A program made the translations under genes and the position numbers. Below, in pieces: positions 1-10,031 of a DNA stretch of 64,000 nucleotides; positions within the stretch are counted from its first letter, which is position 1, and each line of letters begins with the position of its first letter. The stretch comes from Nemertoderma westbladi (Eukaryota > Animalia > Xenacoelomorpha), in NCBI GenBank assembly GCA_032718475.1, contig JAUCBJ010008109.1, positions 1-64,000 of the forward strand, given 5' to 3'. The notes below the pieces were generated by a model. It worked only from the letters and a program-made list of their open reading frames with translations. It did not search any database and was not told the DNA's origin.

Positions 1-281
1 TAATAAAATAAGTATATTATGTAATGTAGGTTTACTGAATTAAAATAATGTAGAAATAATGTATTTAAAATAATGAAATAAAAATATAAAAGTTTATGTT
101 ATTTTGCACTATTATTCTAGCTAGTGCTGATTGTAGCGTAGCCCCAAACACGTTAATCCCCCTGACAGAACGGCTGACGCTGACGACAACTGGTTAGGTT
201 ACCCTTATCGGTCGGTGTTTACAGCTGCACAGCATTATCTTGGACTGGCATAGGCCTACTGCACTGCCTTGTTGTATCATT

Positions 282-1748
282 ATGCCTGGAAAGAAAAGAA
301 TAGGTGCGTCGGTTTACAAATCAAATGGGAATGTTGCAGACTCGAAAAGAAGACGTCCAGTTGAAACGACAGAGCGAGTGTCGGACAATTCTGTACCGAT
401 TCCAAGTGGTAGCGGCCCTAGTGCGTCCAGCACCGCCACCCGGGTGCCAACCAAGGCCCCTCGCCTATCCACCAGCGACCCCGCTCTCTCCCAGCCCCTC
501 TCCCACCCCTCCTGGCCTTCCCCTCTCCTCAACGGAACCGCTCTTTCCCTCGGACAGAACATATTCGGGCAGCTGGGCGTCGACCCTGATGACGTTGACG
601 AATCCCGCTCACCTCGTCCCGTAGAACTCCCCGACGCTTCCGATCGCTCTGTCGTCCAGGTCGTCTCTGGCGGGATGCACACGGTGCTGCTAACGGGACG
701 CGGCTCAGTCTACAGCTTCGGGTGCAATGACGAGTTCGCGCTAGGTCGCAGCACGGAGGGCCCCGATTCGACCCCCGAGCACTGCCCCGCCCGGGTCGAG
801 GGCCTCCCGGACGACGTCCGACTAATCTCCGCCGGAGACTCCCACAGCGCGGCGCTCACAGCCCGCGGCTCGCTCTACGTCTGGGGGAACTTTCGGAGTT
901 CGTCGAGCGGATCCATCGGGTTGATGGAGTCTGGAGTCGTTAAACGGCGGGCCACCGAACTACTGGTTCGGAACGCAGACCCCCGGGACCGTCGGAAGTA
1001 CCTCCGGATCCGGAAGATGGACTCAGGAGAGAACCATCTGGTGGCGCTAACGGAGGACGGCTGTGTGTATACGTTGGGGTCCGGGGTGCAGGGCCAGTTG
1101 GGGCGGCTCACTGGGGCCTTCCTAGAGAACGGAGGCCGACGGGGTCTGTCGCTCACACTGACGCCCCAGAAGGTGAAGCTGAGAGGCCACGGGAAGGTCC
1201 ATCGGTTTGCGGACGTGTTCGCAGGAGATAACTCTAGTTTCGCGCTCACGGAGGGCGGCTGCTGGTTCGCGTGGGGACTCAACAACTATGACCAACTCGG
1301 GTTGGCGGAAGGCGGACGGGATGTGGTGCCGCTGCCGGAGCGGGTTCCCTCGCTGGAGGGAGTCGACGCGGTGGCTGTGGGATGCGGACAGCACCACGCG
1401 TTGGCGCGGTCCGCCGCCGGCCAGCTGTACGCGGTGGGACGCAGCCACGATGGGCGACTGGGTATCGGCGCCCAGCAGGGCGACCGGGCGCGACTCACCG
1501 AGGTGGCCTCGTTTGGGCGCGTAGCCCGACACGTAGCCGCCGGGATCGCCTGCTCCTTCTCGGTTACCGAGCAACGGGTGTACGCGTGGGGGAGCAACGG
1601 GGACTCCCAGTTGGGTGTCGGGAAACCCTACCGGGAGGTGGTCGAGTCGCCGACTCCAATGGTTGGGAAGGAGTTGGATGGGAGACGAGTTCTATCCGTA
1701 TCCGTAGGGGGGCAGCACGCTGTACTGTTAGTGGCACCCACCAGTTAG
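282..1748 (+). CDS. RCC1: Regulator of chromosome condensation 1 (Ran guanine-nucleotide exchange factor), intronless
   Basis: Seven RCC1-type blades collinear with human RCC1: GQLG, SGGMHT, FGCNDEFALGR, SAGDSHSAAL, WGNFR, SGENHLVAL, GQLGR..GGRRGL, WGLNNYDQLG, GQHH, GRLG, WGSNGDSQLG, RVLSVSVGGQHAVLLV. First true ATG is at 282 (MPGKKR, basic NLS-like tail); the ORF-track start at 240 is CTG. Stop TAG at 1746-1748. Confidence 0.93.
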   Translation: MPGKKRIGASVYKSNGNVADSKRRRPVETTERVSDNSVPIPSGSGPSASSTATRVPTKAPRLSTSDPALSQPLSHPSWPSPLLNGTALSLGQNIFGQLGVDPDDVDESRSPRPVELPDASDRSVVQVVSGGMHTVLLTGRGSVYSFGCNDEFALGRSTEGPDSTPEHCPARVEGLPDDVRLISAGDSHSAALTARGSLYVWGNFRSSSSGSIGLMESGVVKRRATELLVRNADPRDRRKYLRIRKMDSGENHLVALTEDGCVYTLGSGVQGQLGRLTGAFLENGGRRGLSLTLTPQKVKLRGHGKVHRFADVFAGDNSSFALTEGGCWFAWGLNNYDQLGLAEGGRDVVPLPERVPSLEGVDAVAVGCGQHHALARSAAGQLYAVGRSHDGRLGIGAQQGDRARLTEVASFGRVARHVAAGIACSFSVTEQRVYAWGSNGDSQLGVGKPYREVVESPTPMVGKELDGRRVLSVSVGGQHAVLLVAPTS

Positions 1749-2174
1749 TGGTACCCACCAGTTAGTGGTACCCACCAGTTAGTGGTTCCGGTACCCACCA
1801 GTTAGTGGTACCGGTACCCACCAGTTAGTGGCACCGGTACCCACCAGTTAGTGGTACCGGTACCCACCAGTTAGTGGTACCGGTACCCACCAGTTAGTGG
1901 TACCGGTACACACCAGTTAGTGGTACCGGTACCCGCCAGTTAGTGGTACCGGTACACACCAGTTAGTGGTACCGGTACACACCAGTTAGTGGTACCGGTA
2001 CACACCAGTTAGTGGTACCGGTACCCACCAGTTAGTGGTACCGGTACACACCAGTTAGTGGTACCGGTACACACCAGTTAGTGGTACCGGTACCCACCAG
2101 TTAGTGGTACCTGTACCCACCAGTTAGTGGTACCGGTACCCACCAGTTAGTGGTACCGGTACCCACCAGTTAGT
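1727..2174. repeat. Minisatellite: 3 x 17-bp units followed by 17 x 23-bp units (GTTAGTGGTACCGGTACCCACCA)
   Basis: GTTAGT recurs at 1727, 1744, 1761 and 1778 (period 17), then every 23 bp to 2169. The first unit lies inside the RCC1 CDS. Confidence 0.97.
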
Positions 2175-2485
2175 TATATTGAACATATATGAACTTCTTT
2201 AAATGTTATATACTTTAGATACTTACTTATTTTCTTCCAACTGCCTTTTAATTATTTCTATCATATTTTATGCAATATCTATTATCCGCGGTGCTTAGCC
2301 CTTTATAAGTGGCTATTAACTCCAGTTGAGAATCAAATGATTTTGTAAGAATAACTCTTATTTGATTCAATATGACTTATATATTTCTGCCATATGTTGT
2401 TTACCGTTATCATTTTAATATAATAAGATTATATTATTTGTTTATTTCACGCCGTCTCTATTCTTACATTAATATGATTCCCCAT

Positions 2486-4145
2486 GTACCCAGACTGTAA
2501 TCATGGCCTCCGGTACCCAGACTATAATCGGAGTATTCAGTACCCAGACTATAATCATGGCCTCCGGTACCCAGACTATAATCATGGCCTCCGGTACCCA
2601 GACTATAATCATGGTCTCCGGTACCCAGACTATAATCATGGCCTCCTGTACCCAGACTATAATCATGGCCTCCAGTACCCAGACTGTAATTATGGCCTCC
2701 GGTACCCAGACTATAATCATGGCCTCCGGTACCCAGACTATAATCATGGCCTCCGGTACCCAGACTATAATCATGGCCTCCGGTACCCAGACTATAATCA
2801 TGGCCTCCAGTACCCAGACTATAATCATGGCCTCCGGTACCCAGACTATAATGAGAACCTCCGGTACCCAGACTATAATCAGAGTATTCTGTACCCAGAC
2901 TATAATCATGGCCCCCGGTACCCAGACTATAATCATGGCCTCCAGTACCCAGACTATAATCATGGCCTCCGGTACCCAGACTATAATCAGAACCTCCGGT
3001 ACCCAGACTATAATCATGGCCTCCGGTACCCAGACTATAATCAGAACCTCCGGTACCCAAACTATAATCATGGCCTCCGGTACCCAGACTATAATCATGG
3101 CCTCCGGTACCCAGACTATAATCATGGCCTCCAGTACCCAGACTATAATCATGGCCTCCGGTACCCAGACTATAATCATGGCCTCCGGTACCCAGACTAT
3201 AATCGGAGTATTCAGTACCCAGACTATAATCATGGCCTCCGGTACCCAGACTATAATCATGGCCTCCGGTACCCAGACTATAATCATGGCCTCCGGTACC
3301 CAGACTATAATCATGGCCTCCTGTACCCAGACTATAATCATGGCCTCCAGTACCCAGACTGTAATCATGGCCTCCGGTACCCAGACTATAATCATGGCCT
3401 CCGGTACCCAGACTATAATCATGGCCTCCGGTACCCAGACTATAATCATGGCCTCCGGTACCCAGACTATAATCATGGCCTCCAGTACCCAGACTATAAT
3501 CATGGCCTCCGGTACCCAGACTATAATGAGAACCTCCGGTACCCAGACTATAATCAGAGTATTCTGTACCCAGACTATAATCATGGCCCCCGGTACCCAG
3601 ACTATAATCATGGCCTCCAGTACCCAGACTATAATCATGGCCTCCGGTACCCAGACTATAATCAGAACCTCCGGTACCCAGACTATAATCATGGCCTCCG
3701 GTACCCAGACTATAATCAGAACCTCCGGTACCCAAACTATAATCATGGCCTCCGGTACCCAGACTATAATCATGGCCTCCGGTACCCAGACTATAATCAT
3801 GGCCTCCAGTACCCAGACTATAATCATGGCCTCCGGTACCCAGACTATAATCATGGCCTCCGGTACCCAGACTATAATCATGGCCTCCGGTACCCAGACT
3901 ATAATCATGGCCTCCGTTACCCAGACTATAATCATGACCTCCGGTACCCAGACTATAATCAAGGCCTCCGGTACCCAGACTATAATCAGAACCTCCGCTA
4001 CCCAGACTATAATCATGGCCTCCGGTACCCAGACTATAATCAGAACCTCCGGTACCCAGACTATAATCATGGCCTCCGGTACCCAGACTATAATCAGAAC
4101 CTCCGGTACCCAAACTATAATCATGGCCTCCGGTACCCAGACTAT
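2486..4145. repeat. 27-bp tandem array, left arm (~61 units, GTACCCAGACTATAATCATGGCCTCCG), with a 675-bp higher-order duplication
   Basis: Direct reading. Rare variants recur exactly 675 bp apart (CGGAGTATTCAG at 2529 and 3204; ATGAGAACC at 2851 and 3526). Confidence 0.97.
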
Positions 4146-5866
4146 CGAGACCAGCCGATCGCCTCAATGGTTGGAAAGCCCACTTTGAAAAGCTCCTCAA
4201 TAATGACAGGGTATTGCCTGATAACTTTATAGAAGTAAAGGTGTCTGAGTCTGTACTCCCAGATATTCCCATTGGCGATATCTCCTTTGCAGAAGTGAAG
4301 GCTGCTGCAAAAGAGCATTAAGACCAATCGTGCCAGTGGAGTAGATGGTGTTCCCCCTGAGGTCTTTAAAATACCTGAGTGTTTAAAGCTCATCTATCCC
4401 ATCATAGTAGACATGTACCGTACAACAAGAGTCCCACAAGAAATGAAAACAAATAAGTTGGTGCCAGTTCCCAAGAAGGGCAACCTAACACTCTATGGTT
4501 CTTTTCGGGGAATCTCATTGATCTCGATTGCTGCAAAGCTATACAATAGGATTCTATTAAATCGCATCAGGGATCCCATTGAGAGACTGCTCCGTGGAAA
4601 TCAGAATGGGTTCCGTAAAGGTCGTGGGACCATGGAGCCCATTTTGGCACTTAGAAGGATAATTGAAGAATTATCAAAAAAGAAAGACAGGCATCTGGCT
4701 GTTATCTTTGTTGACTTCTTCAAGGCCTTTGATTCAGTCTCTCGCTCACGTATGTTCAGCATACTTTCATTATATGGGATTCCTGATGAAATTATTGCAG
4801 CAATCAGATCAGTATACGATGGTTCGACAACATTTGTGTCTACTGTTGACGGTGACACAGAACCATTTGAATTGTTATGGGGCGTCCTCCAAGGAGACAC
4901 ACTTGCACCATTCTTGTTCATTATTGTGGTTGACTATGTTCTACGCATGTCCTTAGATCATCATAATGATGATGGGGTGATGATAACTCCATCTACTGGC
5001 TCCAGAAGTCGAGGAAATCCTGCCAAGTACCTAACTGATCTAGACTTTGCTGATGACTTAGGAGTACTTTCAGAATCATTAGAGGGAGCCCAACGGCTCC
5101 TCAGCACATTAGAACATGCTGCTTCTAGTGTTGGTCTTTTTATTAACTCCAGAAAGACCAAAATTCTGACAGTTAACTTTGAAAGTCCTCAGCAAGTCTC
5201 TGATCGGATGAGCATAAGCTCAAAGGATGGTATGCTTGAGCATGTGGACGACTTCTGTTACCTGGGATCATGGATCCGGAAGTCAGGTGAGGACCTTCGA
5301 ATACGTAAGGGAAAGGCATGGGCAGCCTTGAATAGGCTTTCCAGGATTTGGAAGTCACCGAGAATTAATCGGAAACTTAAGGTCCGATTATTTAGAGCAG
5401 CAGTAGTTCCAGTACTCCTCTACGGGAGTCCATGCTGTGCTCTAACTGCTGAGGACACCAAATCTCTGGATGGCACATTCACAAGAATGCTACGCCGGGT
5501 TCATTGTGTCAAGTACAATGCACACATCTCCAACCAGACACTATATAACATTGGAGGTGTCTCATTGGTTCCCCCAAGCTTGACACTAGAACAAAATCGC
5601 CTCCGCTTTACAGGACATTGCTTTCGCCGTGAGGACCAGCCAGTGCATAATCTTGTACTTTGGCAGCCTCATGGAGTGAATAAGCATGGTGGACAGCCCA
5701 TGACTTTCTTGAGACGCATCTTAAAGGACACTGGCCTTAAAGATGCGGATGATCTAGCAAATGTCATGGGTGATAGGGAGTTGTGGCGGTGCAATTTTGT
5801 TGACAAGCCGGCACAGCATTCTTAAAAATGCAGCTGCAATGCAGCATGCCGATACTAGTAGTAGTA
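4146..5866 (+). mobile_element. 5'-truncated non-LTR retrotransposon (RTE-like clade)
   Basis: RT ORF, a short 3' UTR (~30 bp) and a (TAG)4 tail at 5856-5867. Flanked by GTACCCAGACTAT at 4133-4145 and 5867-5879. No endonuclease domain is present. Confidence 0.92.
4148..5825 (+). pseudogene. LINE reverse transcriptase (RT plus C-terminal region), N-terminally truncated, with one frameshift at ~4310
   Basis: Motifs PVPKKG, FRGISL, QNGFRKGR, FVDFFKAFDSV, GVLQGDTLAPFLF, DLDFADDL, YLGSWI, KAWAALNRLSRIWKS, VLLYGS, RLRFTGH. The upstream linker (WKAHFEKLLN...ISFAEVKAA, frame from 4148) joins KSIKTNRASGVDGVPPEVFK (frame from 4311) if one A of the 4309-4312 run is removed. Confidence 0.9.
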
Positions 5867-8745
5867 GTACCCAGACTATAATCATGGCCTCCGGTACCCA
5901 GACTATAATCATGGCCTCCGGTACCCAGACTATAATCATGGCCTCCGGTACCCAGACTATAATCATGGCCTCCGGTACCCAGACTATAATCATGGCTCCG
6001 GTACCCAGACTATAATCATGACCTCCGGTACCCAGACTATAATCATGGCCTCCGGTACCCAGACTATAATCAGAACCTCCGGTACCCAGACTATAATCAT
6101 GGCCTCCGGTATCCAGACTATAATCATGGCCTCCGGTACCCAGAGTATAATCATGGCCTCCGGTACCCAGACTATAATCATGGCCCCCGGTTCCCAGACT
6201 ATAATAATGGCCTCCGGTACCCAGACTATAATCATGGCCTCCGGTACCCAGACTGTAATCATGGCCTCCGGTACCCAGACTATAATCAGAACCTCCGGTA
6301 CCCAGACAATAATCGGAGTATTCAGTACCCAGACTATAATCATGGCCTCCAGTTCCCAGACTATAATCATGGCCTCCGGTACCCAGACTATAATCATGGC
6401 CTCCAGTACCCAGACAATAATCGGAGTATTCAGTACCCAGACTATAAGCATGGCCCCCGGTACCCAGAGTATAATCATGGCCTCCGGTACCCAGACTATA
6501 ATCATGGCCTCCGGTACCCAGACTGTAATCATGGCCTCCGGTACCCAGACTATAATCAGAACCTCCGGTAACCAGACTATAATCATGGACTCCGGTACCC
6601 AGACTATAATCATGGCCTCCGGTACCCAGACTATAATCATGGCCTCCAGTACCCAGACTATAATCAGAGCCTCCGGTACCCAGAGTATAATCGGAGTATT
6701 CAGTACCCAGACTATAATCATGGCCTCCGGTACCCAGACTATAATCAGAACCTCCGGTAACCAGACTATAATCATGGTCTCCGGTACCCAGACTATAATC
6801 ATGGCCTCCAGTACCCAGACTATAATCATGGCCTCAGGTACCCAGACTGTAATCATGGCCTCCGGTACCCAGACTATAATCATGGCCTCCGGTACCCAGA
6901 CTATAATCATGGCCTCCGGTAACCAGACTATAATCATGGTCTCCGGTACCCAGACTATAATCATGGCCTCCAGTACCCAGACTATAATCATGGCCTCCGG
7001 TACCCAGACTATAATCATGGCCTCCGGTACCCAGACTATAATCATGGCCTCCGGTACCCAGACTATAATCGGAGTATTCAGTATCCAGACTATAATCATG
7101 GCCTCCAGTACCCATACTATAATCATGGCCTCCAGTACCCAGACTATAATCATGGCCTCCAGTACCCAGACTATAATCATGGCCTCCGGTACCCAGACTA
7201 TAATCGGAGTATTCAGTACCCAGACTATAATCATGGCCTCCGGTACCCATACTATAATCATGCCCTCCAGTACCCAGACTATAATCAGAGCCTGCGGCAC
7301 CCAGACTATAATCATGGCCTCCAGTACCCAGACTATAATCATGGCCTCCGGTACCCAGACTATAATCTGAGTATTCAGTATCCAGACTATAATCATGGCC
7401 TCCAGTACCCAGACTATAATCATGGCCTCCAGTACCCAGACTGTAATCATGGCCTCCGGTACCCAGACTATAATCATGGCTCCGGTACCCAGACTATAAT
7501 CATGGCCTCCGGTACCCAGACTATAATCGGAGTATTCAGTACCCAGACTATAATCATGGCCTCCAGTACCCAGACTATAATCATGGCCTCCAGTTCCCAG
7601 ACTATAATCATGGCCTCCAGTACCCAGACTATAATCATGGCCTCCAGTACCCAGACTATAATCATGGCCTCCAGTACCCAGACCATAATCTTAGCCTCCG
7701 GTACCCAGACTATAATCATGGCCTCCAGTACCCAGACTATAATCATGGCCTCCGCTACCCAGACTATAATCATGGCCTCCAGTTCCCAGACTATAATCAT
7801 GGCCTCCAGTACCCAGACTATAATCATGGCCTCCGGTACCCAGACTATAATCATGGCCTCCGGTACCCAGACTATAATCATGGCCTCCAGTTCCCAGACT
7901 ATAATCATAGCCTCCAGTACCCAGACTATAATCATGGCCTCCGGTACCCAGACTATAATCATGGCCTCCTGTTCCCAGACTATAATCATGGCCTCCAGTA
8001 CCCAGACTGTAATCATGGCCTCCAGTACCCAGACTATAATCATGGCCTCCAGTATCCAGACTATAATCATGGCCTCCAGTATCCAGACTATAATCATGGC
8101 CTCCAGTACCCAGAGTATAATCATGGCCTCCGGTACCCAGACTATAATCATGGCCTCCGGTTCCCAGACTATAATCAGAGCCTCCGGTACCCAGAGTATA
8201 ATCATGGCCTCCAGTACCCAGACTATAATCAGAGCCTCCGGTACCCAGACTATAATCATGGCCTCCGGTACCCAGACTATATTCATGGCCTCCGGTACCC
8301 AGACTATAATCATGGCCTCCAGTACCCAGACTATAATCGGAGTATTCAGTACCCAGACTATAATCATGGCCTCCAGTACCCAGACTATAATCATGGCCTC
8401 CGGTACCCAGACTATAATCATGGCCTCCAGTACCCAGACTATAATCGGAGTATTCAGTACCCAGACTATAATCATGGCCTCCAGTACCCAGACTATAATC
8501 ATGGCCTCCGGTACCCAGACTATAATCATGGCCTCCAGTACCCAGACTATAATCGGAGTATTCAGTACCCAGACTATAATCATAGCCTCCAGTACCCAGA
8601 CTATAATCATGGCCTCCGGTACCCAGACTGTAATCATGGCCTCCGGTACCCAGACTATAATCGGAGTATTCAGTACACAGACTATAATCGGAGTATTCAG
8701 TACCCAGACTATAATCATGGCCTCCGGTACCCAGACTATAATCAT
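5867..8745. repeat. 27-bp tandem array, right arm (~107 units), fading into degenerate copies to ~8905
   Basis: Same unit as the left arm but more variable. Degenerate units are visible at 8765-8800, 8825-8873 and 8889-8903. Confidence 0.96.
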
Positions 8746-9485
8746 AAACTCTGCTAGCCATATCATCCAGTTCCCTCACTATAATCATATATTCTGATAC
8801 CAGTAACATCCCTGCGACTAAAGGAATAGCCTCCGGTTCACATACTGGCATCATAACCTCCAGTTCCGAGGCTTCAGTGTCCGTTCTTATCGGAATATTA
8901 AATGAAATACAAGGGTAACTAGCAATTTAAGTAATATTAAAATTTTATTCAAAAATATATACCGGTATGACTTCCAAATTGGATATCCTAATATTTGTAA
9001 CTTTAAAAAAAAATCTCAATAACATGTTATCGGTAGCTATTACATTTAAAAAAATGTTGTTTTATAACATTTTTAACAATAATTTTTTATTATAGTTTTC
9101 GTTAGTTTTTGTTGGAGAATGTTCTACACCTTGTTTAGCTATAAATTTTGTTCTGGGTAGTTATAATTTTTGTTCTGGAACAAATATATGGGTGTGCAGG
9201 GGTGAGGGGGTGTGCCCAAAACACAGTCTGGCGACAAATTTCAAGAATAAAAATTAACAATAAATATATTTATTTGTTTGAAATATATTTAAATATTTAT
9301 GGTGAAAAATAAGGAAAAATATTATACAATTCAAATTGGTTTGTAGGACGATAAAATACCGGAGGCCATAAAATAAGAGTTGAATTCAACACGTAATTAT
9401 TTATATAGAGCAAGTCAACGAATGGTGATATAAAGTCTGCTTTTTGTAACCGTTTGGATTGTTTATTCTACTGTACAACGTCCAA

Positions 9486-10031
9486 CTATTGGCCACCCTT
9501 GGGTCTCGGGAAGTCAGCCCATGGATCTGTATACTTCTCTGACTTTGCGGAACTCTGATATCTCTTGGACCTTGCCTTTCTGGTAGTCCCTGTGGAAGCC
9601 CTCCCCCACTGCTGAAGACACGGACTTAGGTTCCTCTTCCCTCCTCCCTTTACCGACGTCTTGGTTGCCCTACCGCCGCTCCGGTCCCGTTTCGGTTTAC
9701 TTAATTGGCCTCCCGACATCCCCGGGAACACCTGTTTATCCTTCAACTCGTTGGCCCCCGACATCCAAGGGAATGTATCATCTTCCGACTCTAACACGTC
9801 TTCATCTCGGACCGGTTTATCCTTCAACTCGTTGGCCCCCGACATCCAAGGGAATGTATCATCTTCCGACTCTAACATGTCTTCATCTCGGACCGGTTTG
9901 TTTCGGAGGAACTCTAGAACATCATCCGACTCATATTCCTTAGTCGGAACGGCCGCTTTTCGCTTTCCGGTACATTTCCGAGCTTCCAGTTTTTCAGACA
10001 GTTTTGTTTTTTTACTTTTACGTGGTGCCAT
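9486..10031 (-). CDS. Hypothetical 181-aa Lys/Arg-rich protein with an acidic duplicated core
   Basis: Clean ATG-to-TAG ORF (context AATCATGG). It is GC-richer than its AT-rich flanks, has an N-terminal MAPRKSKK NLS-like segment and carries an in-frame 81-bp duplication. No family recognised. Confidence 0.55.
   Translation of the reverse strand: MAPRKSKKTKLSEKLEARKCTGKRKAAVPTKEYESDDVLEFLRNKPVRDEDMLESEDDTFPWMSGANELKDKPVRDEDVLESEDDTFPWMSGANELKDKQVFPGMSGGQLSKPKRDRSGGRATKTSVKGGGKRNLSPCLQQWGRASTGTTRKARSKRYQSSAKSEKYTDPWADFPRPKGGQ
9734..9899. repeat. 81-bp tandem duplication (2 copies) within the 181-aa ORF
   Basis: GTTTATCCTTCAACTCG... starts at 9734 and 9815. It encodes KPVRDED(M/V)LESEDDTFPWMSGANELKD twice. 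Confidence 0.95.

Larger units (their letters stand above)
2464..8905 (-). pseudogene. Disrupted gene or exon for a nonapeptide-repeat protein (SLGTGGHDY)n, interrupted by a LINE
   Basis: Common unit variants are synonymous in the minus-strand SLGTGGHDY frame. A diverged copy at 8850-8873 differs from consensus at 6 sites, 5 of them silent third positions. The frame is open from 4145 down to TAA at 2464-2466. The right arm has stops (6834-6836, 7691-7693) and two 26-bp units (~5996, ~7480). Confidence 0.55.

Noticed and set aside
304-1765. Overlapping alternative-frame and antisense ORFs within RCC1
   Set aside because: Expected shadow ORFs of GC-rich coding DNA, with no recognisable motifs.
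4146-5866. RT beside repeats as a retron, DGR, CRISPR-RT or telomerase-like repeat-synthesising system
   Set aside because: The protein has typical LINE RT and C-terminal motifs, a 5' truncation, a simple-repeat tail and a target-site duplication. It contains no template copy of the 27-mer, so it is an insertion into a pre-existing array.
2469-8797. Long ORFs in other frames of the 27-bp array (YPDYNHGLR, TQTIIMASG, EAMIIVWVP)
   Set aside because: The unit simply lacks stops in these frames, and the common variants are mostly missense in them, unlike the SLGTGGHDY frame.
6834-8880. TGA codons at Gly positions of the repeat frame, suggesting a TGA=Gly code
   Set aside because: GGA to TGA is a single substitution. 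The same region also has TAA stops and frameshifts, so decay is the simpler explanation.
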